Positions 29,756-42,749 of a stretch of DNA of 64,000 nt are shown in pieces; position 1 is the first letter of the stretch; each line of letters starts with the position of its first letter. A program made the position numbers and the translations under genes. The stretch is from Sedimentisphaerales bacterium (GTDB lineage: Bacteria > Planctomycetota > Phycisphaerae > Sedimentisphaerales > Anaerobacaceae), in the NCBI GenBank assembly GCA_963708075.1, contig OY970194.1, forward strand, positions 3,616,001-3,680,000, written 5' to 3'. The notes beneath the pieces are model-generated. The model ran no database searches, was not told where the DNA came from, and saw nothing but the letters and a program-made list of their open reading frames with translations.

Positions 29756-32618
29756 ATGATTCCGGTGCGTCAAGGAGATCGAGAAGGCAGACTCTCAGCA
29801 TTGAAAGCCCTCCATGCCAGCGTAATCCTCGCCCTGGTCTGTTTGGCAGCGATCGGCCGAGCGGCCGCCCCGGCTGATGGGAGTTGGCCCATGCTGGGAC
29901 ATGACTGTGCCCGGTCGGGGGCGACAAGCACGGAGATCCGGCCGCCGTTCGCGCAAATGGTACAGGCTGTTTGCAGATGAAGGCCTGATGGCCGGCGTGC
30001 AGCCCGTGATCGCCGATGGCAAGGTTTTCATCGGCACGATGCGAGGAACGATCCATGCCATCGACAGCGAAACGGGCAAGGACGTGTGGGTATACTCGGC
30101 AGGCGGGGCGATTCTGCATGCGTGTGCCATCGGCGAGGGCAAGGTGGTCTTTGGCTGTGCGGATGGGAAGATCTATGCCCTGAACGTCGCCGATGGCAAG
30201 CCGGCATGGTCCGTGCAAACCAGCCAGGCGGTCTGGAATGCTCCACTGATCCACGAAAGCACCGCTCTCATCGGCGGCCGGGATGCAAGGCTCTACGTGA
30301 TTGATCTTGGTACTGGAGCCATCAAGTGGAAAGCCCTGACTGGCGGGCCGTTGCTCTCAAGTCCGGCCTTGAATGCCTCCAAAGGACAGGTGTATGTCGC
30401 CAGCGAGGACATGCATGTCTATGCATTCGATTTCGGCAACGGCAAGCAGATCTGGCAGAGCGAGAAACTGCCCGGCGTCAGCTTTCGAGGGTATCATCCC
30501 GTCGTCGCGCCCGATGGCTCGGTTATGGTCACGACCTCGCCGGCTATCAACCTGGACTCGTTCGAGCCGATCCTGATGGATATGGCCAAGGAGATATTCG
30601 GCGACTTCGCCAGTTGGCGGCATAAAAAGGAGGAGAACGACCGCCTGCGCGAGGCGAACTTCAAAAAGATGGCGGAGCCGGGCACTTATGAGGCCCAGTT
30701 GACCTACATCCGCAAACGTCTCACCCACGAGCCGATCTATCAAACGTTCTTCGTTCTCGACCCGAACACCGGCCGGCAGAAATTCGTCACACCGATTGTC
30801 TATGCCGAGAGCATGAACGGCACAGGGGCGCCACCCGTGGTGATTGCGAATGGGAAAATCATCGTGAAGTTTCAGGCCCTGCTGCGGAGCCGGTACGAGC
30901 ACTACTCGCCGTTCCTCAACGTCGGCTACCTCGACACGGTGACAGGCCATATCACACCGATCATGGACCAGTCACGAACCTACGGATGGCATGACAGCCT
31001 CCTTCTCGTGCACGATGAGCAATGCCAGCTCTCTGCCGCCGGCCGCGTGCTGATCAACACACATCAGGATAATGTCAACGCGATGGACCTCGACACGCTG
31101 CAGGGTTACGGCCAGCCCTTCTGCCGGAATATTCACGAGCCCAAGCCCGGCGAGGCCGTCGGCATCTGGGCAATGATCCTTCGCGGACAGCCCCTGCCCA
31201 CCGGCAAGGAATGGCTCGCCCGAGGCACAGCGGTCTACGGAGGGGGCTCCGTGATCGACACCGCCGTTTCCGTTGCCGGCGATAGCTTCTACTACATCCC
31301 CACTCACGAGATGAGCGCCGGTGCTGCAATCATCGCGTACAAGATGGCCGCGGATGGCGGAGCAAGCAGGGAATCTGATCCACCCTCTGCGAAGCTGACC
31401 GATGAGGAATGGACGAAAATTCAGAAGCTGCCCTGGGACTGGGACACCCTGCGATTTCAAAGGCTCAGCCATGTCCTCGACGCCCTGTCCGGCAAGGTTC
31501 AGGGCACGACCCAGAGCCCGCTCACCGAACAAGCGAGTGAGCGCGTCGGAAAGATCACGGACACCGATCTGGACCGTGTCATCTGGGAAGTTGATGCCGT
31601 GACATTCTCCGAAAGTGATAAGTCCAACGACCTGAAGGCGCAATTGGCGTCACAAGTCAAGGAGTTGATCTCCCAGCAATGGCAACCGCTCATTTTCCCG
31701 CCCGGCAAGCACCCTACCGAGGCATATCGCATTTTCGCCGACCCGACAGAGACTCTCTTCACGCTGGCCCGCGCGTACAACTACCTCGATGAGGACCTGC
31801 GGACAAACGTGAGACAGTACGTGGAGCGACTGAGTGATCCGGGCGGTCCGCTGGAGGGGCCTGTGGGCCGACGTACCGTTGACCCGTCCGCCGGCGCGGT
31901 TCGCTCATTCTACGATATCGCCCCCGACAAGCTGTTTCGGCTGAAGGATGACATCACTCGCAGTGACGTGGCTCGCCTGTACCCGCTCTGGTTTTGGGCC
32001 CGCGTGGCAGACGACTGGCAACGAATCGAAGGCAACTGGGGCCAACTGAAAGACCTGGCGGACCAGCCGCCGGGCAAAATGGAGGAGGATTGCCGCAACG
32101 GCTACGTAGCCGGACTGATCGCCTACTGCAGGATCGCGGATCATTTGAAGGACAAACAGGCCGTCGAGAAAGCTCTGCCGGCTACACGCAAGGCGCTTCG
32201 CGAGCGGTTGATGTATGAGTTCGCCTACACCGAGGGAGGACTCATCACAGAGGTACCGGTCTCGCGGAGCATCTTCGCTCGCTGGCGCCATATGACGGCC
32301 GAGGTCGGTCGCCTATTGGCCCGGTACGCAGGGCCAACGCATAAGCACCTCATGGATGTGTACGTGGACTACCATCGGCCGACCTGGTACCTGGCCTGGG
32401 GCGTCGAAACGATGTGGCGTAACGAGTCGCCCTTCGCATTCCCAACGATGTCCGCCGAGGTTTTCGCCGCACGTGCGTGGGTCCTGAACGAGCCGGTCGA
32501 GACGCTGACGCGTTACCTCGATGTCCCCTGGTGCAATGCCGACCTGTTCTACATCCAGAAGCTGGTCTGGTGCCTCGATGCTCACGGCCAGACCACTTGG
32601 AGCAACGAATCACAATGA
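29756..32618 (+). CDS. secreted PQQ/BamB-type beta-propeller protein (apparent frameshift ~29950)
   Basis: Signal peptide and WPMLGHDCARSG in the 29756 frame continue as KWYRLF.. with PQQ repeats (GKIYALNVADGKPAW) in the 29877 frame. Confidence 0.8.
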
Positions 32619-32619
32619 A

Positions 32620-33438
32620 TCACACCAGGCCGGCGGTGTCGTCGGGGATCCAGGCTTCGGAGCCGTTGGACAGGATGATGTGAAGCCAGCCGGGACGCTG
32701 CTCGACCAATTGAAACTCTGTGCCCGCGTGCAGCGAGTCCTTGAAGCTGGGCGGATAATTCGGACCGTCGCCCTGGCGGGCCACCACCTCGCTCGCCGTG
32801 ATGACGCCATAGCGAGTATTTGCCTGGCGGCTCGTCTCGATAGCAGTCGATGCGAGAAGACAGACCAGGAGCACGCCCGAGAGCAACACGGCTGTGAAAG
32901 TGACAGGCCTCCGACCAAACCATACCATCAGGGTCAGCCCTATGCACAGGGCCGCGAAGGACAGACACGCCAGAAGGACTCTCGTCTTGAGCACGAGATC
33001 ATAATGCCAGAAGAACAGCGTCTCCAGCACGCGTTTCTCGGCGCCGACCTCCACGGTATCCACTCTCCTGCTCCGGGCGAACGCGAGGTTCTTCTGGATA
33101 TCCACATCGGCTCCATCGAGCTTCCCTGCCCGGCGATAATTCAGAATCGCCCGACCGATATCCTCCTTGAGCAGGTACGCGTTTGCGAGGTTGTAGTAGA
33201 GTCCGGCATTCTCCACCTTGCCCTGATCGATGATCTTCTCGTATAGCAGAGTCGCCTTCTCATAGAGCTGACGGGCGACATCCGGATGATCGGAGGCGGC
33301 ATTCGCCTGCCGGAACGTGGTGTTCGCCTCGTTGAGCAGCGAGTAGAGTTGCTCGCGAGGCAACTGGGCCGATGCAATGGCGGCCATCCCGAACACGATC
33401 GCACCAGACAGAACGATAAGAAGTGTGTGAATTCTCAT
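32620..33438 (-). CDS. batE: BatE-like TPR + SH3 protein
   Basis: LYYNLANAY..GRAILNYRRA, DIQKNLAFAR, TM segment, LHAGTEF..GW...L.NGSEAWIP. Confidence 0.85.
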   Translation of the reverse strand: MRIHTLLIVLSGAIVFGMAAIASAQLPREQLYSLLNEANTTFRQANAASDHPDVARQLYEKATLLYEKIIDQGKVENAGLYYNLANAYLLKEDIGRAILNYRRAGKLDGADVDIQKNLAFARSRRVDTVEVGAEKRVLETLFFWHYDLVLKTRVLLACLSFAALCIGLTLMVWFGRRPVTFTAVLLSGVLLVCLLASTAIETSRQANTRYGVITASEVVARQGDGPNYPPSFKDSLHAGTEFQLVEQRPGWLHIILSNGSEAWIPDDTAGLV

Positions 33439-35232
33439 TTTCCCGATTTCTTCTCTACCTGTCCAATGAGCTGGATCGCCTCAGTCACATGATCCTCCCC
33501 GACATCAGCACCGACGGACGCATACCGGGCGGCCTCACACGCAGCAACCAGTTCCTTGTAGCGTGTCGCCGCGTTCACGTCGCCGGTGGATTGGGCAATG
33601 ATCTGATAACAGTCGTCGGCCGTGAGGGAGGCGGCGATCCTGTCGAAGCGATCCCCGATGTATCCTTTCATCGCCGCCGCCAGCAATTCATGTCGTTCCT
33701 TCGGATCGGCCGATCCCATACTCTTCAACTGCCGCACCGCCGTGCTGCGAGCCTGTCGCCGTCGTTTGCGGGCGAGCAGTTCGGGGCTGGTCCGCCCGGC
33801 AAACCTTATCACCGCGCTGACAATCAAACCGGTCAGCGGAATCGACCAGAGCGCCACGTATGCGGGGCTGGTGATGACCGCCAACGGCGAGATACTCTGA
33901 TTAATCAGGACCTCCGGCACGTAATAGTTCGCCGAAATGCCCTTTTGAATCGCCTCCACCTCCCGATTGACCGGCGAGGAGCCTGTCCCTTGCACGTCGG
34001 CGCTCGTCAGCACTTTCGTCGGCGCCACTTCCACCTTGATCGGATCGGTCCTGGCTACCACGTACTGGCCCTTCTGCGGATCGAAGTACACCAGCGGAAT
34101 CGCCGGGATTTGGACGACACGGTCGTTGTTGGCCCGGATCGTCTGCGTGAAGACCTTGGCACCGTCCTCGACGACAGGGGATGCCTTCTCGGTGGGGATT
34201 CTGAAGTTGTCCGCCAGTTCCGCAATCTGCTCAAGCTGGGGCCATTGCACAGGCTTGAGATACGGATTGCCCCCAATACGCACAGTCAGGGTAATCGGGT
34301 CGCCGACGCTGACTTTCGTTGGCGCGGCCGACGCGGAGATCGTGTACTGCCCGACCAGACCGTAGAATTGGGGCGGCTTGCCCGCCTCCGGCAGCGGCAG
34401 AATCTCCAGCTCGACAGGATCGGATTGCACGGAGACTCGCTTGTACTGGGTCTGAAAGGGGTTGAAAACATCGCCCGTCCGCACGCGACCTGCCGCCATG
34501 TTCGTCGCAACGGTGACCGGATCAAGCCGGATGGAGCCGGCACGCCTCGGGATAAGGACCTTGCTGAACGAGATGATCTGGGCCTCCATGCCCTTGATGA
34601 GCTGACGGCCTCCGGTGATAGTCACCGGGACGCCGTGAATGGCGACCTGCTGGGCAGCCTGGGTAGCGGCAGGCTCGGACAGATCCTCGATGTAGAAGTC
34701 CTCTGACTTGAAGACCGGCACATCAAACGCCCCGCCTTCCACGCGGGCCGTGATGATCCATTTGACGGTCATCACGATGGGCTGCCCGACATAGCATCGC
34801 GTCTCCGAGACCGTGAATTCCACGGAGATCCGGTCGGTCGTCCCCGGCGGCGAGAACCGGCACTTCCACCGGGTTGGTCGTGTACGTCTGATTCCCCACG
34901 GTCACGGTCACGGCCGGCAGGGTCATCTTCCCGGCCTTGCCCGCCGTGATGACGTAGTTCTCCGAATAGCTGACTGTGGTTCGGTCGTTCACGGTTTGGA
35001 CCGAGGTGCCGCCGCCCGCCCGCTGCGGATTGAATGGGGCCAGTGGTGAGATGTCCACCTTGTTTGGTGGTCCCCCGCCCTCGACCACGATGGAGAGCAC
35101 AAACTGATCGCCGGGGTAGATGGTCGTCCCTGCATCGACCTTGGCATAAACTCGCACCGTGGCCGGGTTGCTCGCCGCGGCTGACTGCGCGAGAAGTGCT
35201 ACCCAGAATATGTATACGAAGAGACGATTCAT
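33435..35232 (-). CDS. batD: BatD-like protein (apparent frameshift ~34854)
   Basis: Signal peptide and BatD repeats (YVGQPI, GLVGQYTISAS, VGDPITL, IPAIPLVYFDP); two overlapping frames join. Confidence 0.8.
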
Positions 35233-35233
35233 G

Positions 35234-36052
35234 CTACCAGTCTTTGTCCACCTGCTGATATTGTGCCCTTTGTAGAATCTCGCGATCCCTCTTCTGCCGC
35301 TGTTCCCGATCCAGGATTTCCTGAGCCGTCGCATCCGGGGCCATGCGCTGTTCCTGCTGTTGCTTTTGCTCCTGCGCCTGTTGCTGGTCGGGCTGCTGCT
35401 GATCCTTTGCCTGATTGGGGTCCTTCGGCTGAGCTTCTTTTTGCTGCGCCTGATTTGGATCTTGCGGCTGGTTGGGATCGTTCTGAGACTGCTGCTGTTG
35501 CTGCTTCTGTTGGTCCTGCTGGTTCTGCTGTTGCTTCTGTTGCTCCTGCTGCTTCTTGAGCTGATCCATGATGTCCTTGATGGTCAGCCGGGCCACTTCG
35601 ATGTTTCTCGCCGCCTTTTCGTTCTTCGGGTCGATATCGAGCACCTGCCGCCAATGCGTGATGCTCGTCTTCATGTCATCGACGGCCTTCTGCAGGTCGG
35701 AGTCCCGCTGCTTGGAGCCTCGCTGGAAGAAGCAGTTGCCGAGGTTGTACTTGGCCCTGGCGACCAGCGACATATCCTTGCTGCCCGCCGCCACTTCCTG
35801 GTACAGGTCCATCGCCTCGCCAAGATCGTCCATACGATAGTAGCCGTTGCCCTTGTTGAACTTCGGCTCCAGGGCCTGCGGCTGCTCGACCAGGACCTCG
35901 TTGTACTTGTTGATGGCCTCCGTGTACTTCGAGTCTCCGAAAAGCCGGTTGCCCTGCTGCAACGCCTCCCGCGCAGAGTCCGCCCGCGCCGTCTGGATCG
36001 ACGTCGAAATCAGCACAACCAGGATGCAGCTATGCCACGCGTTTGCGTTCAC
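35234..36052 (-). CDS. batC: BatC-like TPR protein with Q-rich tail
   Basis: FNKGNGYY, YNLGNCFF, AARNIE, Q-rich linker, terminal DKDW. Confidence 0.88.
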   Translation of the reverse strand: MNANAWHSCILVVLISTSIQTARADSAREALQQGNRLFGDSKYTEAINKYNEVLVEQPQALEPKFNKGNGYYRMDDLGEAMDLYQEVAAGSKDMSLVARAKYNLGNCFFQRGSKQRDSDLQKAVDDMKTSITHWRQVLDIDPKNEKAARNIEVARLTIKDIMDQLKKQQEQQKQQQNQQDQQKQQQQQSQNDPNQPQDPNQAQQKEAQPKDPNQAKDQQQPDQQQAQEQKQQQEQRMAPDATAQEILDREQRQKRDREILQRAQYQQVDKDW

Positions 36053-37044
36053 CGATCAGTACCTCACCAATCAACAGGACGATGGCCAGCGCGACGAAGA
36101 CCTGGAACTTCTCATCATACTTCATCATGGTCGTCGATTCGAGCTCGCGTTTCTCCGCCGAGGCGATCTGGCTCTCGTAGATCTGGCCCAAATCCATGTC
36201 CGTCCGGGGTGACACCGACAGATGGACCCCGTTCGTCGCATAGGCAACCTCTCGCAGGGTGTCGCTGTCCAGCTTGGACCACACTTCCTGGCCTTTGTAT
36301 TTCAAGAACGTCTTTTCGCCGTTCGGGCCGGTGATCGGGATTCGCGAGCCGGTGGCGTCGTCGCCCAAACCGATGGCGATAATCCGAATCCCCTCCTCAC
36401 CGGCCTTCTTGGCCGCCTCGACAGGGAAACTGTCGTGGTCCTCGCCGTCTGTGATCAGGATCAGATCCTTGTACTGGCGGCTTTGCTTGTCGAAGACCTC
36501 TTCGGTCGCCTTGCGGATGGCATCGCCGATCATCGTGCCACCCCGGCTGGAGCTCTCCGGCGAGATGTCCGCCAGGACCATCCGAACAAATGCGTAGTCC
36601 TGTGTCAACGGGCATTTCACCGTCGCGTTGCCGGCGAATGTGACAATAGCGATGCGGTCGCCGCGCAGAACCTCCAGCAGGTCGCGGATGGCGAGCTTGG
36701 AGGCGCTCGAGCCGGTTCGGCTTGATGTCCTCGGCGAGCATGGACTTCGACGTGTCCAGGAGAATCGCGATGTCGCGGCCCTGGCGGCGGATTTGCTGCG
36801 GCTGCGGGTTCCACTTTGGCTCGGTCAATGCCAGTACGATGCTGACGAAGGCAAGCAGCAGCAGAGCGGCTTTGAGCATCTGCTTTTGCAGACTGACGCC
36901 GCTGTTGATCTTGCGGAGCATCTCGTTGCTGGCCAGGATGCGAAGTGCCAAGGCCTTGCGCCAGAAGCACCAGGCGTACACCGGGATCAGCACCACCGGC
37001 ACCGCAAACAGCAGCCACAACGCTTTGTCATTGCCAAGATTCAT
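36030..37044 (-). CDS. batB: BatB-like VWA protein (apparent frameshift ~36702)
   Basis: LALTEPKW, LDTSKSMLAEDIKPNRLE, CPLTQD, GGTMIGDAI, ITDGED. Confidence 0.82.
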
Positions 37045-38135
37045 GGGATCTTCCGAAACACCGTGCAGCCCGCGAGCATCTCCAGGCCCAGCAGCACCAG
37101 GGCAGGCAGGGTCAGCCAACTGAAGTGCTCCGCGTACTGCATGTACTGCACCGATTTGACTTCGGTCTTCTCCAACTCATCAATCCTCTTCACAACCTTG
37201 CGAAGCGAATCGGCATCGTCGGCCCGGCTGTAGAAACCGCCCGTTTTGTTGGCAATCGCCTTGAGCAACCCTTCGTCCAGTTCCTCCGCCGCAGGCATGC
37301 GGAACGTGCCCAGCGGGGTCTGCATCGTCGTATATGCCTGGCCCGACCCGATACCGATTGTGTAAATCTTGATCCCCCACTGCTTTGCGAGCTCCGCGGC
37401 CTCCAGAGGGTCGTACTGGCCCATGTTGTTGCGGCCATCGGTCAGGAGGATCATGGCCTTGCTCTTGATTTTGAAATTGTCCTTGACGGCTTCCTGCGCC
37501 CTGTCTCCGCCGGCGAACCCCAGGCCGGCATTGCGGCGGTGGAGTTCCTCCTCGGCTTTTCTCAGGCGGGCCGCCGCCAGGGCGATGGCATCGCCGATCG
37601 ACGTGCCGTCCTCGTTTCGCATCGCGACGATTTCCGTCTTCTTCAGGAATTCGGTCAGGACGTTATGGCTGAGCACGAGCGGGCAGGTGGTGTCCGCATA
37701 GCGGGCAAACGTCACCAGTCCGATCAGGTCGCCCGTCCGGCCGCCCAGGCCTTTCTTGTCGCCTTCGATGAAGTCCGCCAGGACCCGCTTGACTGCCTCC
37801 AGCCGGTTCAGGTTCTCGCCATAGTAGTCCATCTCCGCGTTCATGCTGCCGGAGTGGTCCACCACCGCCTCGATGGCGACGCCCTCCGTGGAGATTTCCG
37901 ACAGGACGGTCCCCTTGCGAGGCCGGGCCAGGGCGAGAATCAGCAGCGCCAGGCACAGCAGCCGGGCGACGACCAGCACCGGCCGCAGCCGCAGCCGCCA
38001 TGAAACTGGGCAACGCCGCATGTCCACAAGACTGGGGAACTTCACCGCCGCACCACGCTTCTTGCGCAGCAGCAGGTATCCCAGCACGGGAAGCACAAGC
38101 AACAGCAGCAATGCCCATGGCGAATACAACTGCAT
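37041..38135 (-). CDS. batA: BatA-like VWA protein
   Basis: ALARPR, DHSGSM, DLIGLVTFA, GTSIGDAI, LLTDGRNN, IKIYTIGIG. Confidence 0.92.
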   Translation of the reverse strand: MQLYSPWALLLLLVLPVLGYLLLRKKRGAAVKFPSLVDMRRCPVSWRLRLRPVLVVARLLCLALLILALARPRKGTVLSEISTEGVAIEAVVDHSGSMNAEMDYYGENLNRLEAVKRVLADFIEGDKKGLGGRTGDLIGLVTFARYADTTCPLVLSHNVLTEFLKKTEIVAMRNEDGTSIGDAIALAAARLRKAEEELHRRNAGLGFAGGDRAQEAVKDNFKIKSKAMILLTDGRNNMGQYDPLEAAELAKQWGIKIYTIGIGSGQAYTTMQTPLGTFRMPAAEELDEGLLKAIANKTGGFYSRADDADSLRKVVKRIDELEKTEVKSVQYMQYAEHFSWLTLPALVLLGLEMLAGCTVFRKIP

Positions 38136-39226
38136 CTATCTTACTCCGAAGGTCCCACGCCGCCGGTTCTCAGGCACAGTCGTCTCCTGTTCCTGCACCT
38201 TGTCGGTCACATCCACTTTGCGTTCATCAGACCGGGTCTTCTCGATAAAGTCCTTCACCAGGTCGAACGTCTGTTGAACCTGTTCCGTCGTCGGCTCGTG
38301 TTTGGCGAATTTCACCAAGTCGCAATGTGTCAGGAACTCTCCAAGCATTTCCTTGTACGATGAAGAAAGCGCGTCGGCGAATCGCAGCTCCGCCAGGAAT
38401 TCTTCCGTGGTTCGCTCGGCGCGCGCAGATCGAAGCGGTCCTCAATGTAGTGCCTCAGGATGCCGCTGATGCGATCATAGAATTCCTTGATCCTGCCCGC
38501 CTCGACCAGCTCTTCAGCGACAAGGGCCCGCAAGCGTGCGTAGGCAAGCTCGTGCGCAGGCCGGAAGATTCGCACCAGTTCCTTCGCCCGCCGGCTGCGC
38601 AGCAGAAGCCATCCGGCCGGGACCGCCGCGACACCGAGCAGACCCAGTCCCCAGAGCCACCATCGTAAAGGCTTCTTAGGCATCGCGACCACGCCCTCGA
38701 TATCCTCGATCACCAGCTTGGCTCTCTGCTCGCCAAGCAGGGACGTCACCTCCACCGGGACCGGCTCGCTGGCCAATTCGTGTTTGGAGTTGGGGTCGTT
38801 GACATCGTGGAACTCAAACGTGAACACCGGGATTTCGTACTTGCCCGACAGGAAAGGCTCCAGCCGATACTGATACGTCGTCACGACGTTGTTCTTGTCA
38901 TCCAGCTTGTTGCCGAGATTGTCCCAGTCCACAATACCGAAGTTCTCGAGCACCTTGTCCACCTTGGGCATTTGCAGCTCATACCCCTGCTGCACGCTCG
39001 CTTCGAGCTGCAGCAGGACCGTGTCGGCAATGCTCATTTTCGTCTTGTCCAGCCGGACATGGACCGACGCAGGCCCCCGCTCGTAGATCTTATCCACTTC
39101 AAACGCGGTCTTGCCCGCCCGCTCTTTGGAATCCTTTCCGCAGCCCGCGCACATGAGCATCAGACTCGCGCCGGCGAGCAGACATATCTGGAGCCATCGT
39201 CTTATCATCGCGTTCAGTTCACTCAT
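38136..39226 (-). CDS. Bat-operon membrane protein (DUF4381/BatD-like; apparent frameshift ~38418)
   Basis: Lipoprotein-like signal, TM segment, PAHELAYARL..FYDRISGILRHYIE..RF, then (other frame) TTEEFL..CDLVKFAK. Confidence 0.78.
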
Positions 39227-40611
39227 GGCTTCGGCTGCACGCTGTTCGGGTCTTTCTGCTCGACGGGGGCCAGGACCGCTGTATGGATGATCACGCCATG
39301 CTTGTCCATCATCTCGCGGATGTACTCGCGCTGCACGTCCTCGCGCTTCTGCCGCAATAGCTGCATCGTGACCTGCTGCTGGACTTCGTCAAAGCTCATC
39401 TGTCGCTGCGGATGCTTCTCCTCGACCTTGATCACCTCCCAGCCCTTGTCGGTCTTGAAGGGCTTTTCGAGGACTGCCGGCGCATTGGCGGCGAAGATTG
39501 CATCGTTGATCGCGTTCGAGTCGCCGATGCCGGGGACAGAGGAACCCTTGACGACATCGCCCTGGATCAGTCCGCCGCTGGCCTTCGTGCTCTCATCCTC
39601 GGATGACTGCTTCGCCAATTCCGCGAAATCCTCGCCCTGCTTGAGGCCGTTCAGCAGCGCGTTGGCCCGTGCTTCATCGCTCACGCGGATGTGGCGTATC
39701 CTCGCACGCTCAGGCTCGACGTACTGATCCTTATTGGCCGTGTAATACGTTTGCACGTCCGTGTCCGTAATATGGATGCGCGAGGCGAGCTGCTCATTCA
39801 TCAATTGCTGGCTCAGCGCCCCCCGCGTCAGCTCGTGCATAAGCCGCTTCACCTCAGGCTTCTCGCCCAGTTCCTCCTGCAGTGCCTGACGATACAGGAT
39901 TTCCTGGGCCAGCCAGCCCGGCAGGAATTCCTGCTTCGCTTGCGGATTTCGGGACTGTTCCAGCGCGCGTTTTTTCTGCTCGTTGAACTGCTCCGGCGTC
40001 ATGAATGCCTTCATCGCCGCCAACTGGTTTTCAATGCTCTCCTCGATCAAGGCATCCAACTGCGATTCCGTGATCTTCTCGGCGCCGATTTCCGCGACGA
40101 CCTTGCCGCCGGCAGACTGCGATGGATTGAGACTGGTGCGATCCATCAGCTCGTAGCGCAGGGCGGAGAACTTGCCCAGATTCTCGAAGCATTCCTGCAC
40201 GTGAGCATTGATCTGCGGGCTAAGCTCGCCGACCTTGGCGGCCGCCTCGCTGCGATAGAAATGACCGATGGCCTGGCCGGGGAGCCCCGCTTTCTGCAAC
40301 AGGACACCGATCTGGAAATGAATCCGCGCGCGTTCGGGGCCGTCAAGTCCGGCCGTTGCCAGATAGTCCTGCCATGCAACAGCCGCCTGTTCATACAGGT
40401 TTCGCTGGGCCAGCTTCGACGCCAGGTCCTTGACCTGCTCCGCCGAGAGTCCCTGGCCCGCAGGAGACCCGCCCCGCCTTGAAGATAGCGTGACGACCAG
40501 GTTCACGACTGCCAGGATCACCAAGCCCGTAAGCAGCAGCACTGTGAAAGCGCCTGCCGCCGAGCTGCGTGACTTCTTCTGTGGAAGCGAGAAATCCAGC
40601 TTTTCTGCCAT
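39223..40611 (-). CDS. membrane-anchored TPR + PpiC-type peptidylprolyl isomerase
   Basis: RARIRHI, GEDFAELAKQSSED, GGLI, PFKTDKGWEVIKV. Confidence 0.85.
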   Translation of the reverse strand: MAEKLDFSLPQKKSRSSAAGAFTVLLLTGLVILAVVNLVVTLSSRRGGSPAGQGLSAEQVKDLASKLAQRNLYEQAAVAWQDYLATAGLDGPERARIHFQIGVLLQKAGLPGQAIGHFYRSEAAAKVGELSPQINAHVQECFENLGKFSALRYELMDRTSLNPSQSAGGKVVAEIGAEKITESQLDALIEESIENQLAAMKAFMTPEQFNEQKKRALEQSRNPQAKQEFLPGWLAQEILYRQALQEELGEKPEVKRLMHELTRGALSQQLMNEQLASRIHITDTDVQTYYTANKDQYVEPERARIRHIRVSDEARANALLNGLKQGEDFAELAKQSSEDESTKASGGLIQGDVVKGSSVPGIGDSNAINDAIFAANAPAVLEKPFKTDKGWEVIKVEEKHPQRQMSFDEVQQQVTMQLLRQKREDVQREYIREMMDKHGVIIHTAVLAPVEQKDPNSVQPKP

Positions 40612-40639
40612 TGTCCTCTATCACCTCACCTGTTTGCCA

Positions 40640-41515
40640 TCAACGTCGCCGATGCCGCATATGGAAAAACTGAATCAGATCGTTCATATATGGCTTGTCT
40701 GTCGCAATCGGGATGAAATCCACGTTGCTGGATCGGAACAAGCCTTTCAGCTCATCGAACCGCCGCGAGCTGCGGTCGTCGTACTGGCTGCGGAACCTGC
40801 GGCTGGAGGTGTCGACGAGCATAATCTCGCCCGTCTCGGCGTCCTGTACCTCGATCAGGCCCACCGAGGGCATGGCGATCTCCACGCGATCGCGGACCGG
40901 CACGGCGACCACGTCGTGACGCTTGCTCAGCAGGCTCAGCGGCTTCTTGAAGCCTGTCTCGATGAAGTCGGAGACCACGAACACGGTGGCGCGCTTGCGC
41001 ATCACCTTCGCCAGGTAGTCCAACGCCAGCGGGATATTCGTCTTACGCTTGGGCATCTTGAAGGCGAGCAGTTCGCGAATCAGCCGCAGGACGTGCCGGC
41101 TGCCCTTCTTCGGCGGGATGAACAGCTCGATCCGGTCTGTGAAGATCATCAGCCCGACTTTATCATTGTTCTTGGCCGCCGCGAACGCCAGGACCGCACA
41201 GAACTCCGCCGCCAGCTCGTTCTTCATCTTGTTGACCGTGCCGAACTCGCCGGAGGCACTGAGGTCCACAGCGAACAGCACCGTCAGCTCCCGCTCCTCG
41301 ACGAATCGCTTGATGAAGGGTTTGCCCGTGCGTGCGGTGACGTTCCAGTCGATGGCCCGGATGTCGTCGCCGGGGGTGTACTCGCGGACCTCGTCGAACT
41401 GCATCCCCCGGCCCCTGAAAACGCTCTCATACTGGCCCGCGAAGCTGGCGTTGACCATGCGGGAGGTGTAAATCTGTATCTGCCGTATTCGCTTGATCAG
41501 GTCTTGTGGAATCAT
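40640..41515 (-). CDS. DUF58 protein
   Basis: GMQFDEVREYTPGDDIRAIDWNVTAR, FVEEREL, VDLSAS, VVSDF. Confidence 0.95.
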   Translation of the reverse strand: MIPQDLIKRIRQIQIYTSRMVNASFAGQYESVFRGRGMQFDEVREYTPGDDIRAIDWNVTARTGKPFIKRFVEERELTVLFAVDLSASGEFGTVNKMKNELAAEFCAVLAFAAAKNNDKVGLMIFTDRIELFIPPKKGSRHVLRLIRELLAFKMPKRKTNIPLALDYLAKVMRKRATVFVVSDFIETGFKKPLSLLSKRHDVVAVPVRDRVEIAMPSVGLIEVQDAETGEIMLVDTSSRRFRSQYDDRSSRRFDELKGLFRSSNVDFIPIATDKPYMNDLIQFFHMRHRRR

Positions 41516-41523
41516 AGGGGAAT

Positions 41524-41546
41524 CGGTGGGGCAAGCCCCACCCTGC
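41524..41546 (-). repeat. GTAG-type REP (variant)
   Basis: CGGTGGGGCAAGCCCCACCCTGC; near-identical copy at 62379-62401. Confidence 0.75.
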
Positions 41547-41552
41547 CACTTC

Positions 41553-42542
<990 letters not shown>

Positions 42543-42749
42543 AAAGACTTTCCCCAACTAAGTTTACAAAAACCGTAGATCCTCAAACCCTACCCAGTCG
42601 GACGGACTGGTCTTTATGCGCGTCGCACGCAACGCGTGCCCGAAACTACGTCGCAAGCCGCCAAAAGGTTCTCTTGTACAGGAAGGAAGGCCCGCTTTCA
42701 AGAGGCCAACCTGGCTGCCGCCAAATAGGACCAATAGGACAGATCGGAC

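Noticed and set aside
35340..35560. CAG-rich tandem repeat
   Set aside because: Ordinary Q-rich linker of the BatC-like protein
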